IMG/VR virus record: IMGVR_UViG_3300036832_001373
Location: 1-64,000 of that record
Source: a virus
Reading direction: 5' to 3' (one strand)
DNA length: 64,000 nt
The notes below the pieces were generated by a model, which saw only the letters and a list, made by a program, of their open reading frames with translations, did no database searches and was not told where the DNA came from. Position 1 is the stretch's first letter. Each line of letters starts with the position of its first letter. Position numbers and translations under genes: made by a program. Below, piece after piece: positions 17,387 to 27,319 of this stretch.

Positions 17387-17786
17387 AATGAAAAAACTAG
17401 CTATAGGAGTTTTGTTGCTTAGCGCAACGGTAGCCAAGGGTGAGTTTGTTCAAACAAAGGAGTACTTAGATACATGTGCAGCTAAAGACGAAGGTCACCA
17501 TATCGCATGTGTTGGTTATGTAGCCGGAGTTGTTGATAGTTACATTCATTCAGGTCAATTCTGTGTAGATCCTAGAACTGATACTAAAGAGATAAGTACT
17601 TTTGTTATAGACTATATTTTGAGAACTAAACAAATTCAAAACTATCCACCAGTTGGTATGATAATTTTAGCCCTAAAAGCTAGGTGGCCATGTATCAACT
17701 CAGGACCTGGATTTAAATTTAACTTCCAAGGACCTCAGTTTCAACTCAACGGTAGACAGCTTAACTTTAACTTCGGGAGGTTCTAA
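17355..17786 (+). CDS. Rap1a/Tai4-like secreted immunity-family protein (likely start 17388)
   Basis: Signal peptide; C...C.GYVAGVVD....FC.......V..Y.........AL...WPC cysteine pattern. Confidence 0.65.
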   Translation: MWQVNLYGNYEMKKLAIGVLLLSATVAKGEFVQTKEYLDTCAAKDEGHHIACVGYVAGVVDSYIHSGQFCVDPRTDTKEISTFVIDYILRTKQIQNYPPVGMIILALKARWPCINSGPGFKFNFQGPQFQLNGRQLNFNFGRF

Positions 17787-18238
17787 CTATGTTCTTAAAA
17801 CTAACAGATTGGGAATCTGATGATAGACGTGTTTTACTTAGGATAAAAAGTATACAATATATCTATGATATGATAAGTCATAGAACTATATACTTGAGAG
17901 AAAAATCAGATTCAATTCGTACTTTTAAAGTTATAGAAACTATGAATGAGATATGTGAAGCTTTAATAGAGGGACTTTCAATAGATGACAAAACCGATAG
18001 TTCCACTTAAAAGTGGTGATGAAGTAGATGCTTTCAGCCGTAAAGCTAGAAAGTGGCTATCGTTTAAACCAGGCACAAGGAAAGAGATAAAACATAGATT
18101 CTGGAGAAGAGCAAGAAAAATCCTAAGGCTAAAAAGTAAAGATGAAGGTGATCTTTGAGTGTAGTTCTTGATATTGTTATCTTTGTATCAGTATTTAGTC
18201 TAGTCTATGGACTAGCTGTAGCTATGAGAGATGGATAA

Positions 18239-18631
18239 ATGAGAGACCTACGTCAACTTGACAATAAAGAATCTTATGGAATTCGAAGATTAGATGTAGA
18301 GCTACCTGATGAGTGCTATAGGAATAAAGATGCTCCAATAAATCCTAGTACGGATGGTTGTTTTGAAATTTTACGTGAAGGAGTTATATTATGTGTTATT
18401 GCTTCAGTAGGAAGTGGGTGGGATCACGTCTCTGTTTCAACTCAGTATAGATGCCCTACCTGGGAAGAAATGGAATTGGTGGCTAAGTTATTCTTTAAGA
18501 ACGATGAAGAAGCTATGCAGTTACATGTACCTATTAAAGATCATATAAACGAACATCCTTTTGTGCTTCACTGGTGGAGACCAAGAAGTAAGCTAAAGAA
18601 GATACCACTACCACCTAAGTATATGGTCTAA
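18239..18631 (+). CDS. Conserved phage protein (GWDHVSVS...RCPTWEEM family)
   Basis: GWDHVSVS..RCPTWEEM...FF...E.AMQLH.P...HIN.HP.VLHWWRP. Confidence 0.7.
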   Translation: MRDLRQLDNKESYGIRRLDVELPDECYRNKDAPINPSTDGCFEILREGVILCVIASVGSGWDHVSVSTQYRCPTWEEMELVAKLFFKNDEEAMQLHVPIKDHINEHPFVLHWWRPRSKLKKIPLPPKYMV

Positions 18632-18650
18632 TGATCAAGGAGACGAGACT

Positions 18651-18941
18651 ATGGATGATACAATTAAGTTAATAGTAAATCCACTAGAAGGTTCTCCAGG
18701 GATCTTCGAAGCTAAAGTAGACGATAAACTAATAGTCAAATCTAGACAACCATTCTTAGACAGTGCTAGGAAACTAGTTGAATTAGGATACAGCCTAGAG
18801 TCTACATTAGCTATATACCGTAAAGGATCAGACGTTTTAGCACTAAAGTTAAAACTAGGAGCTGCGGCCAAACTCACAGTAAATGAAAGTGGACCAAAGT
18901 TTAGAAAGTTTAAACCATTCTCAGGAATTACTGAGAAATAG
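18651..18941 (+). CDS. Hypothetical protein
   Basis: SRQPFLDSARKL..G...GAAAKLTV; AAGGAG RBS. Confidence 0.65.
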   Translation: MDDTIKLIVNPLEGSPGIFEAKVDDKLIVKSRQPFLDSARKLVELGYSLESTLAIYRKGSDVLALKLKLGAAAKLTVNESGPKFRKFKPFSGITEK

Positions 18942-19134
18942 AGGCGAGAGCGAAAAAGCGGGCGGGAGGGCCGTACAGGCGTCTTTTTTTGCCCCGCCCC
19001 GCGGCCCGGCGCGCCGCGGTAAACGCCTGTACGAGCCCCTCAGGGGGCGTGGCGGGGCGTCCAACGCGTCTCCCGCCGCGGCCCGGCGAAAAGCGTTAGT
19101 TTGGTTGGTAAGACTGATCTAGAAAGGTAAGACT

Positions 19135-19350
19135 ATGAAAACACCACGAGGTTATCACGACGGAACTAGACTGAAAGTGTCGGTAGCGTTCGATCCTGAA
19201 CTGTTTCGAGCAATTTGTAGACGTTGTAAGGATACCAACAAATCGTTTAACTTCATAGTTAACGATTTGATTAAATGTGGTATACTTTGTGTAGAAGAAT
19301 CTGAACGAGACGAGTATATGGAGAGTGCTTCTATAGCAACTCCTCACTAA
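19135..19350 (+). CDS. Small DNA-binding protein (ribbon-helix-helix-like)
   Basis: KVSVAFDPELF.AI...C.....SFN.IV..LI pattern. Confidence 0.45.
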   Translation: MKTPRGYHDGTRLKVSVAFDPELFRAICRRCKDTNKSFNFIVNDLIKCGILCVEESERDEYMESASIATPH

Positions 19351-19361
19351 CAAAGTTTGGT

Positions 19362-19492
19362 CACGGCTGAGCATGCGGTTTTCCGGGTCGGTTAGCGGTG
19401 GGATCGGTCTATCCCAGAAAGATAGCCTGCGGGCATGCTTGGTTGTGTGGGAATGGTCATTTTCCCGTTCAAGGCTATCAGCCACCGCACCC
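19362..19492 (+). ncRNA. Structured leader RNA candidate
   Basis: 15-bp stem 19362-19376/19433-19447 (G-U pairs) plus GCGGTGG/CCACCGC and GATAGCCT/AGGCTATC complementarities. Confidence 0.4.
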
Positions 19493-19514
19493 TTTCTATT
19501 TAAATGGAGAAACC

Positions 19515-19901
19515 ATGAAAATCCTAGTTTGTGGAGGAAGAGATTATTCAGACAAAGAACTCATATTCAAGACTCTTTACGATCTTTGTATTAAGCATTC
19601 AAAATTTTATAATCCAGATGACAACTGGCTTCCGTCAGATATTAAGATAATAGCTGGAGGTGCGGCTGGAGCTGATAGGATAGCGATATCATTTGCTATT
19701 CAACATTATACTCAGTACAAAGAGTATCCTGCTCAATGGCAGAAGTACGGTAGAGCTGCTGGTCCTATGAGGAATCAACAGATGCTTGATAAAGAGCATC
19801 CAGATTTAGTTGTAGCCTTTCCAGGAGGGAGAGGTACAACTGACATGATTAGCAGGGCTAAAAAAGCAGGAATCAAAGTTATGGAGATCGAAAATGACTA
19901 A
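19515..19901 (+). CDS. SLOG-family (YspA/DUF2493-like) protein
   Basis: MKILVCGGRDY...IIAGGAAGAD...W.KYGRAAGPMRNQQML....LVVAFPGGRGT. Confidence 0.85.
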   Translation: MKILVCGGRDYSDKELIFKTLYDLCIKHSKFYNPDDNWLPSDIKIIAGGAAGADRIAISFAIQHYTQYKEYPAQWQKYGRAAGPMRNQQMLDKEHPDLVVAFPGGRGTTDMISRAKKAGIKVMEIEND

Positions 19902-20151
19902 GTATCCTATACCTTTATGCGGTGACCACTTCGAGTTCGAGAAAGAGATGGAAGGAGTTCCGGATAAAGAGCGTCCTGACTGGCCACTTCCATCGTTTGA
20001 TGCCCGTGACTGGGCTGAAGCTTTTTGTAAGTTAAATCCTAGTATAGAGGAGGACTTGATGATAACTTGGTTTGCAAATGCTCTTATGAGAGGCTACGAT
20101 CAACGAGTCTCCGAAGAATGGAAAGATAGAGACACAAGAAAGGATGAGTAA
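19894..20151 (+). CDS. Hypothetical protein
   Basis: ORF coupled to upstream gene. Confidence 0.65.
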   Translation: MTKYPIPLCGDHFEFEKEMEGVPDKERPDWPLPSFDARDWAEAFCKLNPSIEEDLMITWFANALMRGYDQRVSEEWKDRDTRKDE

Positions 20152-20674
20152 GATGTCGCAGTCAGTTCTACAAGATTGGGTACAACAGAACCTAACGATG
20201 ATGCAACAGTCGGTTTTGATCTCTGCTATTCGAGGGCCAGATACTCTTAAGAAAGATCACGTTAGTCACAAACTGTGTAAATGGCTTAGAAGGAATATGC
20301 TTTTATCAGCTTTTGAGAAAAAAGTTTTTATGAACCCATTTGAACCAGGTGGAGGGTCCTTCACTGGACCCAGCTGCAAGATGGCTCAGAATCTTGACTG
20401 GCAGAGCCAAATGTTTCACATACTAAATGAGTACATACGTTCTATAGATGAAGTTCCTCATCACTTTCAAGTGCATTTCATGCACGCAGCAGAAATCCTT
20501 GGATATTGCTACCCCGATCCAGACATTAGAGAGTGGTGGGAAGAGTGTTATCATCGTTTGTGTTACGATATGCATCTTATGCCCGAGGATTATGATCAAA
20601 TGCTCTACAGATTAGGTGACAACGAAGAGAATTGGCGAAACTCCGAAATAGTCCAAGAAGGAAAGGATACATAG
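20144..20674 (+). CDS. Conserved hypothetical phage protein
   Basis: SVLQDWV..LTMMQQSVLISAIRGPD...HFMHAAEILGY. Confidence 0.7.
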   Translation: MSKMSQSVLQDWVQQNLTMMQQSVLISAIRGPDTLKKDHVSHKLCKWLRRNMLLSAFEKKVFMNPFEPGGGSFTGPSCKMAQNLDWQSQMFHILNEYIRSIDEVPHHFQVHFMHAAEILGYCYPDPDIREWWEECYHRLCYDMHLMPEDYDQMLYRLGDNEENWRNSEIVQEGKDT

Positions 20675-21237
20675 AAATGTATATAATCTATCGTATCGTT
20701 GGAATCAAAGTTGGGTGCACGATTAACTTCGAGCTCCGATGTATACAAAACAAATTAGCATACGGACAAGAAATTATAATCGAGATTCTGGATACTTGGC
20801 CTTTATCTGTTGGGGACAAGTTTGCAGGAGATCGAGAGTGGGAATGGGCAGATGCTTACGGATATCTGAGAGGTCCTCACTACTCCGAGAAGAATTGGAA
20901 CGTAGTTCTAACAAGAGAACAGCGACTGGCTGCTGCTTCTCGTGGAGGAAAAATCGGAGGGAAGAGAACAGCAGAACTTGGGAAAACTGCGTTTCACACC
21001 ATGACCTTTGAACAAAGGTCAGCAGCTGGAAAAATTGGGTCGAACCATCCAAACAACGTAATAAAAAACGGATCTGCGCATAGAAAAACTATAGAACAAA
21101 GGAAAACTGGATTTCAGACCGGAAAAGCGTCTAGAAGTCCTAATCACATAACCAAGAAATTACTAACATGTCCAAATTGTGGACATACTGGAGTAGGTCC
21201 GTCTATGTATCGTTGGCACTACGGAAACTGTAAGTAG
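20632..21237 (+). CDS. Putative GIY-YIG-like homing endonuclease (likely start 20677)
   Basis: YIIYRI..IKVGCT....R, EWEWADAYGY, GGKIGG repeats, SPNHITKK, CPNCG...H..C. Confidence 0.55.
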   Translation: MAKLRNSPRRKGYIEMYIIYRIVGIKVGCTINFELRCIQNKLAYGQEIIIEILDTWPLSVGDKFAGDREWEWADAYGYLRGPHYSEKNWNVVLTREQRLAAASRGGKIGGKRTAELGKTAFHTMTFEQRSAAGKIGSNHPNNVIKNGSAHRKTIEQRKTGFQTGKASRSPNHITKKLLTCPNCGHTGVGPSMYRWHYGNCK

Positions 21238-21492
21238 CAGAATGAAAGGAGAGTAAGAATGGAAGAAAAAGACTGGATTGTTATAACTGGCTATCTAATC
21301 AATACTGGAGTAGGTGGAGGATTAGAATTTTTTGGTCCTTTCACAGAAGAGCAAGCCAAGAAATTCCAATCAAAAATATCCCTTAATCGACCACCAAACT
21401 GGGTTTCACCAAGCTGGGTTTCTCTTGCAGTTCAGTTACTAAGAGGAGAAGCATCATGAACGAGAATCGAATAGCAACTCTACTTGAGTTAA

Positions 21493-21912
21493 TTGCTGAG
21501 GCGGTTCAAGGTGACGGTACCTGGAGGGAGAAGGCTCAAGCAATCTTGGCAGAAGCCACCGAAAGTGATAAAACAAATCTGCAAGAGTTTGCAACTTGGT
21601 TCGATCCAGAAGAGATGGAGGACTGAAGACGTGAAGATCAAAACCGTAGTTTTATATTCTTGTAACTCTGATAGTGATGGTTACAAGGTAACCAAGTTTA
21701 TCGATGAAGTTTACAATACACACTACCATGTTATCAACAACGAGCAACAGGTTTATTGCGATTGCCTCGGGTTTACCAATCGCAGTAGCTGTCGTCACTT
21801 GAAGATAACTGATAGGTTCAAAAAAGAGGGTAAAGTCGACAAAGGATACTTGTTCAATCTGGACACTGGAGAGTTTACAAAACTAGAAGGCACAGAGACA
21901 GAAGAAATCTAG
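21493..21912 (+). CDS. SWIM zinc-finger protein (likely GTG start 21631)
   Basis: YCDCLGF....SCRH. Confidence 0.65.
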   Translation: MLRRFKVTVPGGRRLKQSWQKPPKVIKQICKSLQLGSIQKRWRTEDVKIKTVVLYSCNSDSDGYKVTKFIDEVYNTHYHVINNEQQVYCDCLGFTNRSSCRHLKITDRFKKEGKVDKGYLFNLDTGEFTKLEGTETEEI

Positions 21913-21937
21913 GGAAACTAGTCCCCGAGACGTTAAC
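21910..21937 (+). promoter_or_regulatory. Phage promoter motif copy
   Basis: TAGGGAAACTAGTCCCCGAGACGTTAAC. Confidence 0.75.
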
Positions 21938-22168
21938 TCCCGGAAGGGGTTGGAAAAAGGAGAGTTTCAATGAAAAGTTTGAAATCAAAGTTAAAGAGTG
22001 AAACAAGTAGTCCAGAAGAGTTGTATCTATACGTGTTAAAGAACAAGGAGGGAGAGATCTACATGGTTGATCAGGAGGATGGTACTAAAGCACCTCTAGC
22101 ATTTCCTACTATGGAAGCAGTAAATCACTTTATAAAGACTTACAAGTTTCCTATGGAAGGTATAATAG

Positions 22169-22525
22169 TTGGAACAATCAAAGCTAGCGACTATCTCTCC
22201 CCTCACGAAAAATGGAGTCACTAAGATGAACGTTGCAGATAGAGCAGGTCTTGGACCCAAAAGAGAACTATCGAAGAACGAAGATGAAACTTGGACTTTG
22301 AAGGTTTCACCTCCTGCTTGGGCAGGATTTGATCCTGATTATTCATCTTCGATCGTTCTAACCGAAGATCAAGTTAAGAGATTTTGCGAGTGGCAAGATA
22401 CAGGAATCTTGATCCAGAACGCTTTTCCAGATTTAAACGCTAGTCAACGAGAGATTATTCTAAGTGGTATCGGAAACAATGAGTTTCAGAATCTAGCAGA
22501 TGACGAAGACGAAGCTTCCTTCTAA
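22169..22525 (+). CDS. Hypothetical phage protein (likely start 22226)
   Basis: W..G.LIQNAFPDL....REI..SGI motif. Confidence 0.65.
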   Translation: MEQSKLATISPLTKNGVTKMNVADRAGLGPKRELSKNEDETWTLKVSPPAWAGFDPDYSSSIVLTEDQVKRFCEWQDTGILIQNAFPDLNASQREIILSGIGNNEFQNLADDEDEASF

Positions 22526-22919
22526 GTTATATGTTGTAACGAGTTATAAACCGCGTTCTTTTGTAGCGCGGTTTATAATACGAGAAGATGTTGTCCAGGC
22601 TCCGAGTCCTGTACTTAGATTCATGTACGGTTGGAGCCTGGAAGCTGTTAGAATACACTGTAAGATGAAAGGATGGAGTCTTAGAGAATCGAAGAGAGAA
22701 TAAGATGGAATCGAACCCTAGAGCAGATGCTAGAGACTTAATCATAAAAACTTCTAAGGAAATCGTTGAAGCTATAATGAATGCTGTTGACAACAACTAC
22801 ACTAGGGAGGTAATGGAACAGATAACAGAGTATCGGATAAACCAGTTTATGCGAGAGATGGCAGCAATTGCTAGAACAATAAAGATTTCACCTGAACAAA
22901 AAAGTTAGGGAGGGGAGGA

Positions 22920-23786
22920 ATGAAAATCTGTGTCACAGGCTCACGTGGTTACATTGGAACTTTGGTTACTGATGCTCTAAGAAAGAATCTTTATGAAGTT
23001 GACGAAATTGATCTTAAGATCGATAAAAATTACAGTATGTCTAAATCAGATTCTAAGGTACTTGTTCACCTAGGAGCACATACGTCAGTTCCAGAGTCAG
23101 AAAAGTTTCCGGATATGTATTATAACAATAACATCACGGATTACGACTTATTTCTAAGACTCAATAGCTTTGATAGAATAATCTACGCTTCTAGTAATTC
23201 AATCTATGATGGTAACACATTGATCAATCCTAGTTCAGTTTACTCTATATCTAAATTAACTGGAGAGTATATCACTAGGAAGCATTGTCAAAACTATACT
23301 ATTCTACGGTTTTCCAATCCAATTGGAATAGACAAAATTCTTCACAAGGATATAGTTAAGGACATAATCAAAGGATATCAAAGTTTGGCTTGGACATTAG
23401 CTAAATGTGTTGTCAATGAAAAAGTATTTACTTTACACGATCTACCAGGTATGGCAAGAGATTTTTATCCAGTTGAGTGGATAGTTAAAGCAGTAATTGA
23501 TTTAGTCAAGAGTCCAGCTCCAGGTAAAATTTACCATATAGGATCTGGTCTGGACAAGGACGTAGCTAGTCTAGCGAGAAAAGTATGTGAAGTTTTTAAA
23601 ATCAAATTAAAGACAGTTCCTCCACCAATGGGTACAAGCCGAGGTTACGTGAGTGACAATCTTGATTTTTCATATATAAGCTATCTAATCGGTCCTAACT
23701 GGGACCAGTTTAATCAAACTAGTATGTTCATCAGCTCAATGAACGATTACTGTTCTCTCCTTAAGAAGGAACTCAAATGCGTGTAG
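22920..23786 (+). CDS. NAD-dependent sugar epimerase/dehydratase (GalE-like extended SDR)
   Basis: ICVTGSRGYIG, HLGAHTSVPES, YASS, YxxSK, LRFSN, RDFY. Confidence 0.85.
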   Translation: MKICVTGSRGYIGTLVTDALRKNLYEVDEIDLKIDKNYSMSKSDSKVLVHLGAHTSVPESEKFPDMYYNNNITDYDLFLRLNSFDRIIYASSNSIYDGNTLINPSSVYSISKLTGEYITRKHCQNYTILRFSNPIGIDKILHKDIVKDIIKGYQSLAWTLAKCVVNEKVFTLHDLPGMARDFYPVEWIVKAVIDLVKSPAPGKIYHIGSGLDKDVASLARKVCEVFKIKLKTVPPPMGTSRGYVSDNLDFSYISYLIGPNWDQFNQTSMFISSMNDYCSLLKKELKCV

Positions 23787-24859
23787 GATTTATCTATAAT
23801 GGCAACGATGAAGTTTCTCATATCGCAGCTACGGGTGGATCAGGAACACATATATTCCTTTTACTTAAAACGTTAGCAGAGATGGGATGTGACATAACAC
23901 TATTTGGTAATGGAGACGCTAATACTCACTCTGACCTAGCTGCGATAAAATATACTCTAATACCTCTAAGAGATAAACGTGGTGGGAAAGGCACAATAAA
24001 AGCTTTTGCTAGGGAAAAGTTTAGACTAGACAATCTAGATTTATTAATAGTAGTTGGGATGGTCGGAGTTGAGATAATAGCAATGATGTGTGAGCACAAA
24101 GTACCTATAGCATATGTTCCTTTTGGTCCTCATCCTATCTATGTAAACTCTATAGGTCTGCTTCTAAAGCGCAATCCATCCACAGTTCTGATATATTGTG
24201 ATACATCGGCAACATATCAACATTATAGTGGATTGTATCCTGCTCACAGAGATCGTTTCGCTTGGCAGTATACACCAATTGTATTCTTTGGAAGCAACTT
24301 CAAATATACTGACAAGTATTATACGTTTTCTAGAATTTTAACATTAAAATCAATACATAATGCATCAGATTTAGCAGATAGATTCGGCTTAGCTCTAGAG
24401 ATTTATGGAAATATTAGAAATAACCTTTATATTAATAGGATTACAAAGTTTAAAGAGAGATACAAAGGATACTATGGAGTTAGTAACTTTTATAGCCAGT
24501 CTGTTCTTCCAGGTATACATATGCAAACTTCTTCGTTTGAAGGTGGACTAGTTACTCCAGTACAAGCTATGGCTCACGGAGTTCCAATAATAATGAACAT
24601 AGAACTACATCCTCTGATTAGATCAGATGTTTTAGGAAAAGTTTTGTACAAAGGTTCAAACTATGAATTATATAGGACTGGGGCTAGTATCGACTACCAG
24701 AAAATAGACGCGGAGAATTGGAGCAGAGTTGAGGCTTATGTTAAAGCTCTTTGTAATCAAAGAGAGGATATAATAGAATATGCTAAGCAGTTTCACATGG
24801 ACAACTATATAAAACGCTATCTTTGGGATCTCTCCATCAAATTGAAAGGAGTCTTCTGA
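23777..24859 (+). CDS. GT-B (GT4-like) glycosyltransferase
   Basis: MRVGFI...GG.GTH...L...G.DITL; TSSFEGG....QAMAHGVPII. Confidence 0.75.
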   Translation: MRVGFIYNGNDEVSHIAATGGSGTHIFLLLKTLAEMGCDITLFGNGDANTHSDLAAIKYTLIPLRDKRGGKGTIKAFAREKFRLDNLDLLIVVGMVGVEIIAMMCEHKVPIAYVPFGPHPIYVNSIGLLLKRNPSTVLIYCDTSATYQHYSGLYPAHRDRFAWQYTPIVFFGSNFKYTDKYYTFSRILTLKSIHNASDLADRFGLALEIYGNIRNNLYINRITKFKERYKGYYGVSNFYSQSVLPGIHMQTSSFEGGLVTPVQAMAHGVPIIMNIELHPLIRSDVLGKVLYKGSNYELYRTGASIDYQKIDAENWSRVEAYVKALCNQREDIIEYAKQFHMDNYIKRYLWDLSIKLKGVF

Positions 24860-25974
24860 TGCGGATCGGCGTGATATTCAAAGATTATCTATGGAACTAT
24901 AGTAAAAACTTTTATCCTTTTGGACTGGCAATCTCAGTTTTGCACCATGAGCTAGCCAAGAGAGGGCATAAACTTTCTCTAATCAGAGTTGATAAGAATT
25001 CACAGTTTAACTTGAACAAACGAAAGCATCTAGTTGCATATACACAAATGCTAGATTACGATTTTGTAGATATAGACGACCAATCAATTGACAAGTATCA
25101 TCTGGTCGAGCTATATACTGACCAAAAAGATCTTGAGATTTTAAAACCAGCGGTGGATAAGATTCTAAAAAGTAAAAAGCCAGTTATTTATACGGATAGC
25201 GACGGAGAGATTATGTCTCACTTACACGGTTATAGAAAAAGACCTCCAATTCTTTATGAGTTTAAAGACATCAAAGATCTGGTAATCCACAATACTAGCA
25301 GAGAGTTTAGTTCTATCTGTCAGAAAGAGTTTCCAAAGGCTAAGGTAATCTATATTCCATATTTTCTAACCAAGTCTGCTATGGTTAAATTCTTACCAGA
25401 GCTTTTCGAGGAAAAGCAAAAGGACTTCGTTTTCGTTGGAAGAACTATAGGTCGTCCACATCTTCGTAAGTTCTTTGAACTTGTTTCTCAGGAAGAGCTT
25501 ACAGGTGACGTTGATCTGTGGATGTACGATCGTATGGATTGGAAGTCTAAGCCAGTTCCAAACATAGATCTAGTAAATGACCTAGCAATCTTTTCGATTA
25601 CACGAAAGCAATTTTATCAACGAATGTCTAGATATAGATATACTTACATAGGAGGTACTTGGCATACCAAGAGAACACGTCCACATGTTATAGCAAATCC
25701 TCCCTACACTACATTTAGAGTATTCGAGACGGTTCTGTCGAATCAACTATTTCTATCGTATAAAACGCCAGAGCTTGAAGAGTCAGAAGTTGATAAGAGA
25801 TTATTGATGGACTGGTCTTGGAATAGTCTAACAGAGGAGCACAGAGCAATTCAAGGTGTCAAGGGACTAAGTACTAGAGAGTATGAAGAACTCAAGAGTT
25901 CTACACATAGAAAGATTCTAACTTGTTTAGGACAAACTGTAGCAGAAAAGGCAGTTAAGAGCATTGAACTATGA
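24823..25974 (+). CDS. GT-B glycosyltransferase, T4 beta-glucosyltransferase-like (likely start 24859)
   Basis: MRIGVI...L..RGH; KDFVFVGR; TFRVFETVLS resembles T4 BGT TLRVWETMAS. Confidence 0.55.
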   Translation: MGSLHQIERSLLMRIGVIFKDYLWNYSKNFYPFGLAISVLHHELAKRGHKLSLIRVDKNSQFNLNKRKHLVAYTQMLDYDFVDIDDQSIDKYHLVELYTDQKDLEILKPAVDKILKSKKPVIYTDSDGEIMSHLHGYRKRPPILYEFKDIKDLVIHNTSREFSSICQKEFPKAKVIYIPYFLTKSAMVKFLPELFEEKQKDFVFVGRTIGRPHLRKFFELVSQEELTGDVDLWMYDRMDWKSKPVPNIDLVNDLAIFSITRKQFYQRMSRYRYTYIGGTWHTKRTRPHVIANPPYTTFRVFETVLSNQLFLSYKTPELEESEVDKRLLMDWSWNSLTEEHRAIQGVKGLSTREYEELKSSTHRKILTCLGQTVAEKAVKSIEL

Positions 25975-26801
25975 CGAACGTGGCGATATGTGTTCCTTCT
26001 TACAACGACTGGGCTAGGCTATCAGATCTATGCTCTTCATTCAAGAGGCATGTGAAGGAATCACCAAATACCTATAAAATGTTCATTCTAGCTCAGGATT
26101 ACTCTGAACACGACCAAAGGATACTTAGTCATAAGATTGATCCTTCCTTGTGTGAGATTTTTCACTTTGAAAAGTATCGTCCTGTTAGGATGACTAGAAT
26201 ACGTGATGACTCAATTAAATTGTCGAAGAACTTTAGTGAATTTGTACTATGGATTGATGACGATTTCGTATTTCGTCCAGGATCTTTTCTAAAATATGAC
26301 CAAGGGGTCCAGTGGATGAAAGAGCATCCTCAGTGTTTCGGATTTCAGTTTGATGGATTTCTTGGAGGATATCGTCAAAAAGAAAAGTTCGAACTAAAAT
26401 TTGATGGGATCGTATGGACCTCAAGAGGTCTCTTATTTAGGAAACTTAATCTTCCTAGTATACCAAGAATATTTCCTCTAGATTGTCTTGATATTTTCAT
26501 CAATCACGAGGAAAGTGCAGCAGTATACCCTGCATATGCTGAAGGATTCTATACGCTAAAAGCTAAAAACTGTCCAACTCTTCACAGACATAACAAATGG
26601 GAGAATGGAGCGAAATGGGAAAAGATAGCAGGTGATATAAATCTTGGTCAAATATACCTAACAAAATTGTTAGGTACTGAGTTTAAGGTTAAGAATACCT
26701 TTCGTCCAAGCGAGAAACTATGGGAAAGGTATGTAGAAGCTGCTACCAAGAGATTTGGATTTGCTGAGGGTCAAAAGATACGTAATGAACAGGTAGGATG
26801 A
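25971..26801 (+). CDS. GT-A (GT2-like) glycosyltransferase
   Basis: VAICVPSYND; FVLWIDDD (DxD). Confidence 0.75.
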   Translation: MTNVAICVPSYNDWARLSDLCSSFKRHVKESPNTYKMFILAQDYSEHDQRILSHKIDPSLCEIFHFEKYRPVRMTRIRDDSIKLSKNFSEFVLWIDDDFVFRPGSFLKYDQGVQWMKEHPQCFGFQFDGFLGGYRQKEKFELKFDGIVWTSRGLLFRKLNLPSIPRIFPLDCLDIFINHEESAAVYPAYAEGFYTLKAKNCPTLHRHNKWENGAKWEKIAGDINLGQIYLTKLLGTEFKVKNTFRPSEKLWERYVEAATKRFGFAEGQKIRNEQVG

Positions 26802-26820
26802 AAGAAAGGGAGCTAGTACA

Positions 26821-27054
26821 ATGGTAGATCATAACGAACTGTTGTCTGAAGTCAATAAAGCTATCAATCGTTTTTGGAATGACGATAGTGTCTCTATGGA
26901 AGTTCTTAAAGAGGAACTAGAAGAAGTTCTGAGTGATATTCAGTTAAAGATAGATGAACTAGAGGAGGAGATAGAGAAGGACGAATCTGAGGAGAAAGAA
27001 GAGGAAGAAGAAAAAGAGGATTCTGAAGAAGAAGAGAAAGAAAGCGATAAATAA
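26821..27054 (+). CDS. Very acidic small protein
   Basis: C-terminal half almost entirely E/D/K/S. Confidence 0.7.
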   Translation: MVDHNELLSEVNKAINRFWNDDSVSMEVLKEELEEVLSDIQLKIDELEEEIEKDESEEKEEEEEKEDSEEEEKESDK

Positions 27055-27069
27055 GGGATTTTACGGACT

Positions 27070-27097
27070 AAGGGCCTCTGGCTCTTGGAGCGTTGAC
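27070..27097 (+). promoter_or_regulatory. Phage promoter motif copy
   Basis: AAGGGCCTCTGGCTCTTGGAGCGTTGAC. Confidence 0.5.
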
Positions 27098-27133
27098 CCG
27101 CGTGGAAGACTTTTCAAGAGCTGGAGGCTTGGC

Positions 27134-27319
27134 TTGAACAAGGAAAACAACGTTGTAAAACTTTTTCCAAAGAAAAAGAGTATATGTCCAGTATGCTTAG
27201 GACATGGATCCTATAAAGTAGTAGGACCAAGAGTAAATGTGTTTGTATTTGAAAAGTGCTACACGTGCAGTGGAAAGGGAGAAGTTTGGGAGAGCCCTAA
27301 TGAGAAACCCGTTAGATGA
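27134..27319 (+). CDS. DnaJ-type zinc-finger mini-protein
   Basis: CPVCLGHG ... CYTCSGKG; GGAGG RBS. Confidence 0.65.
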   Translation: MNKENNVVKLFPKKKSICPVCLGHGSYKVVGPRVNVFVFEKCYTCSGKGEVWESPNEKPVR

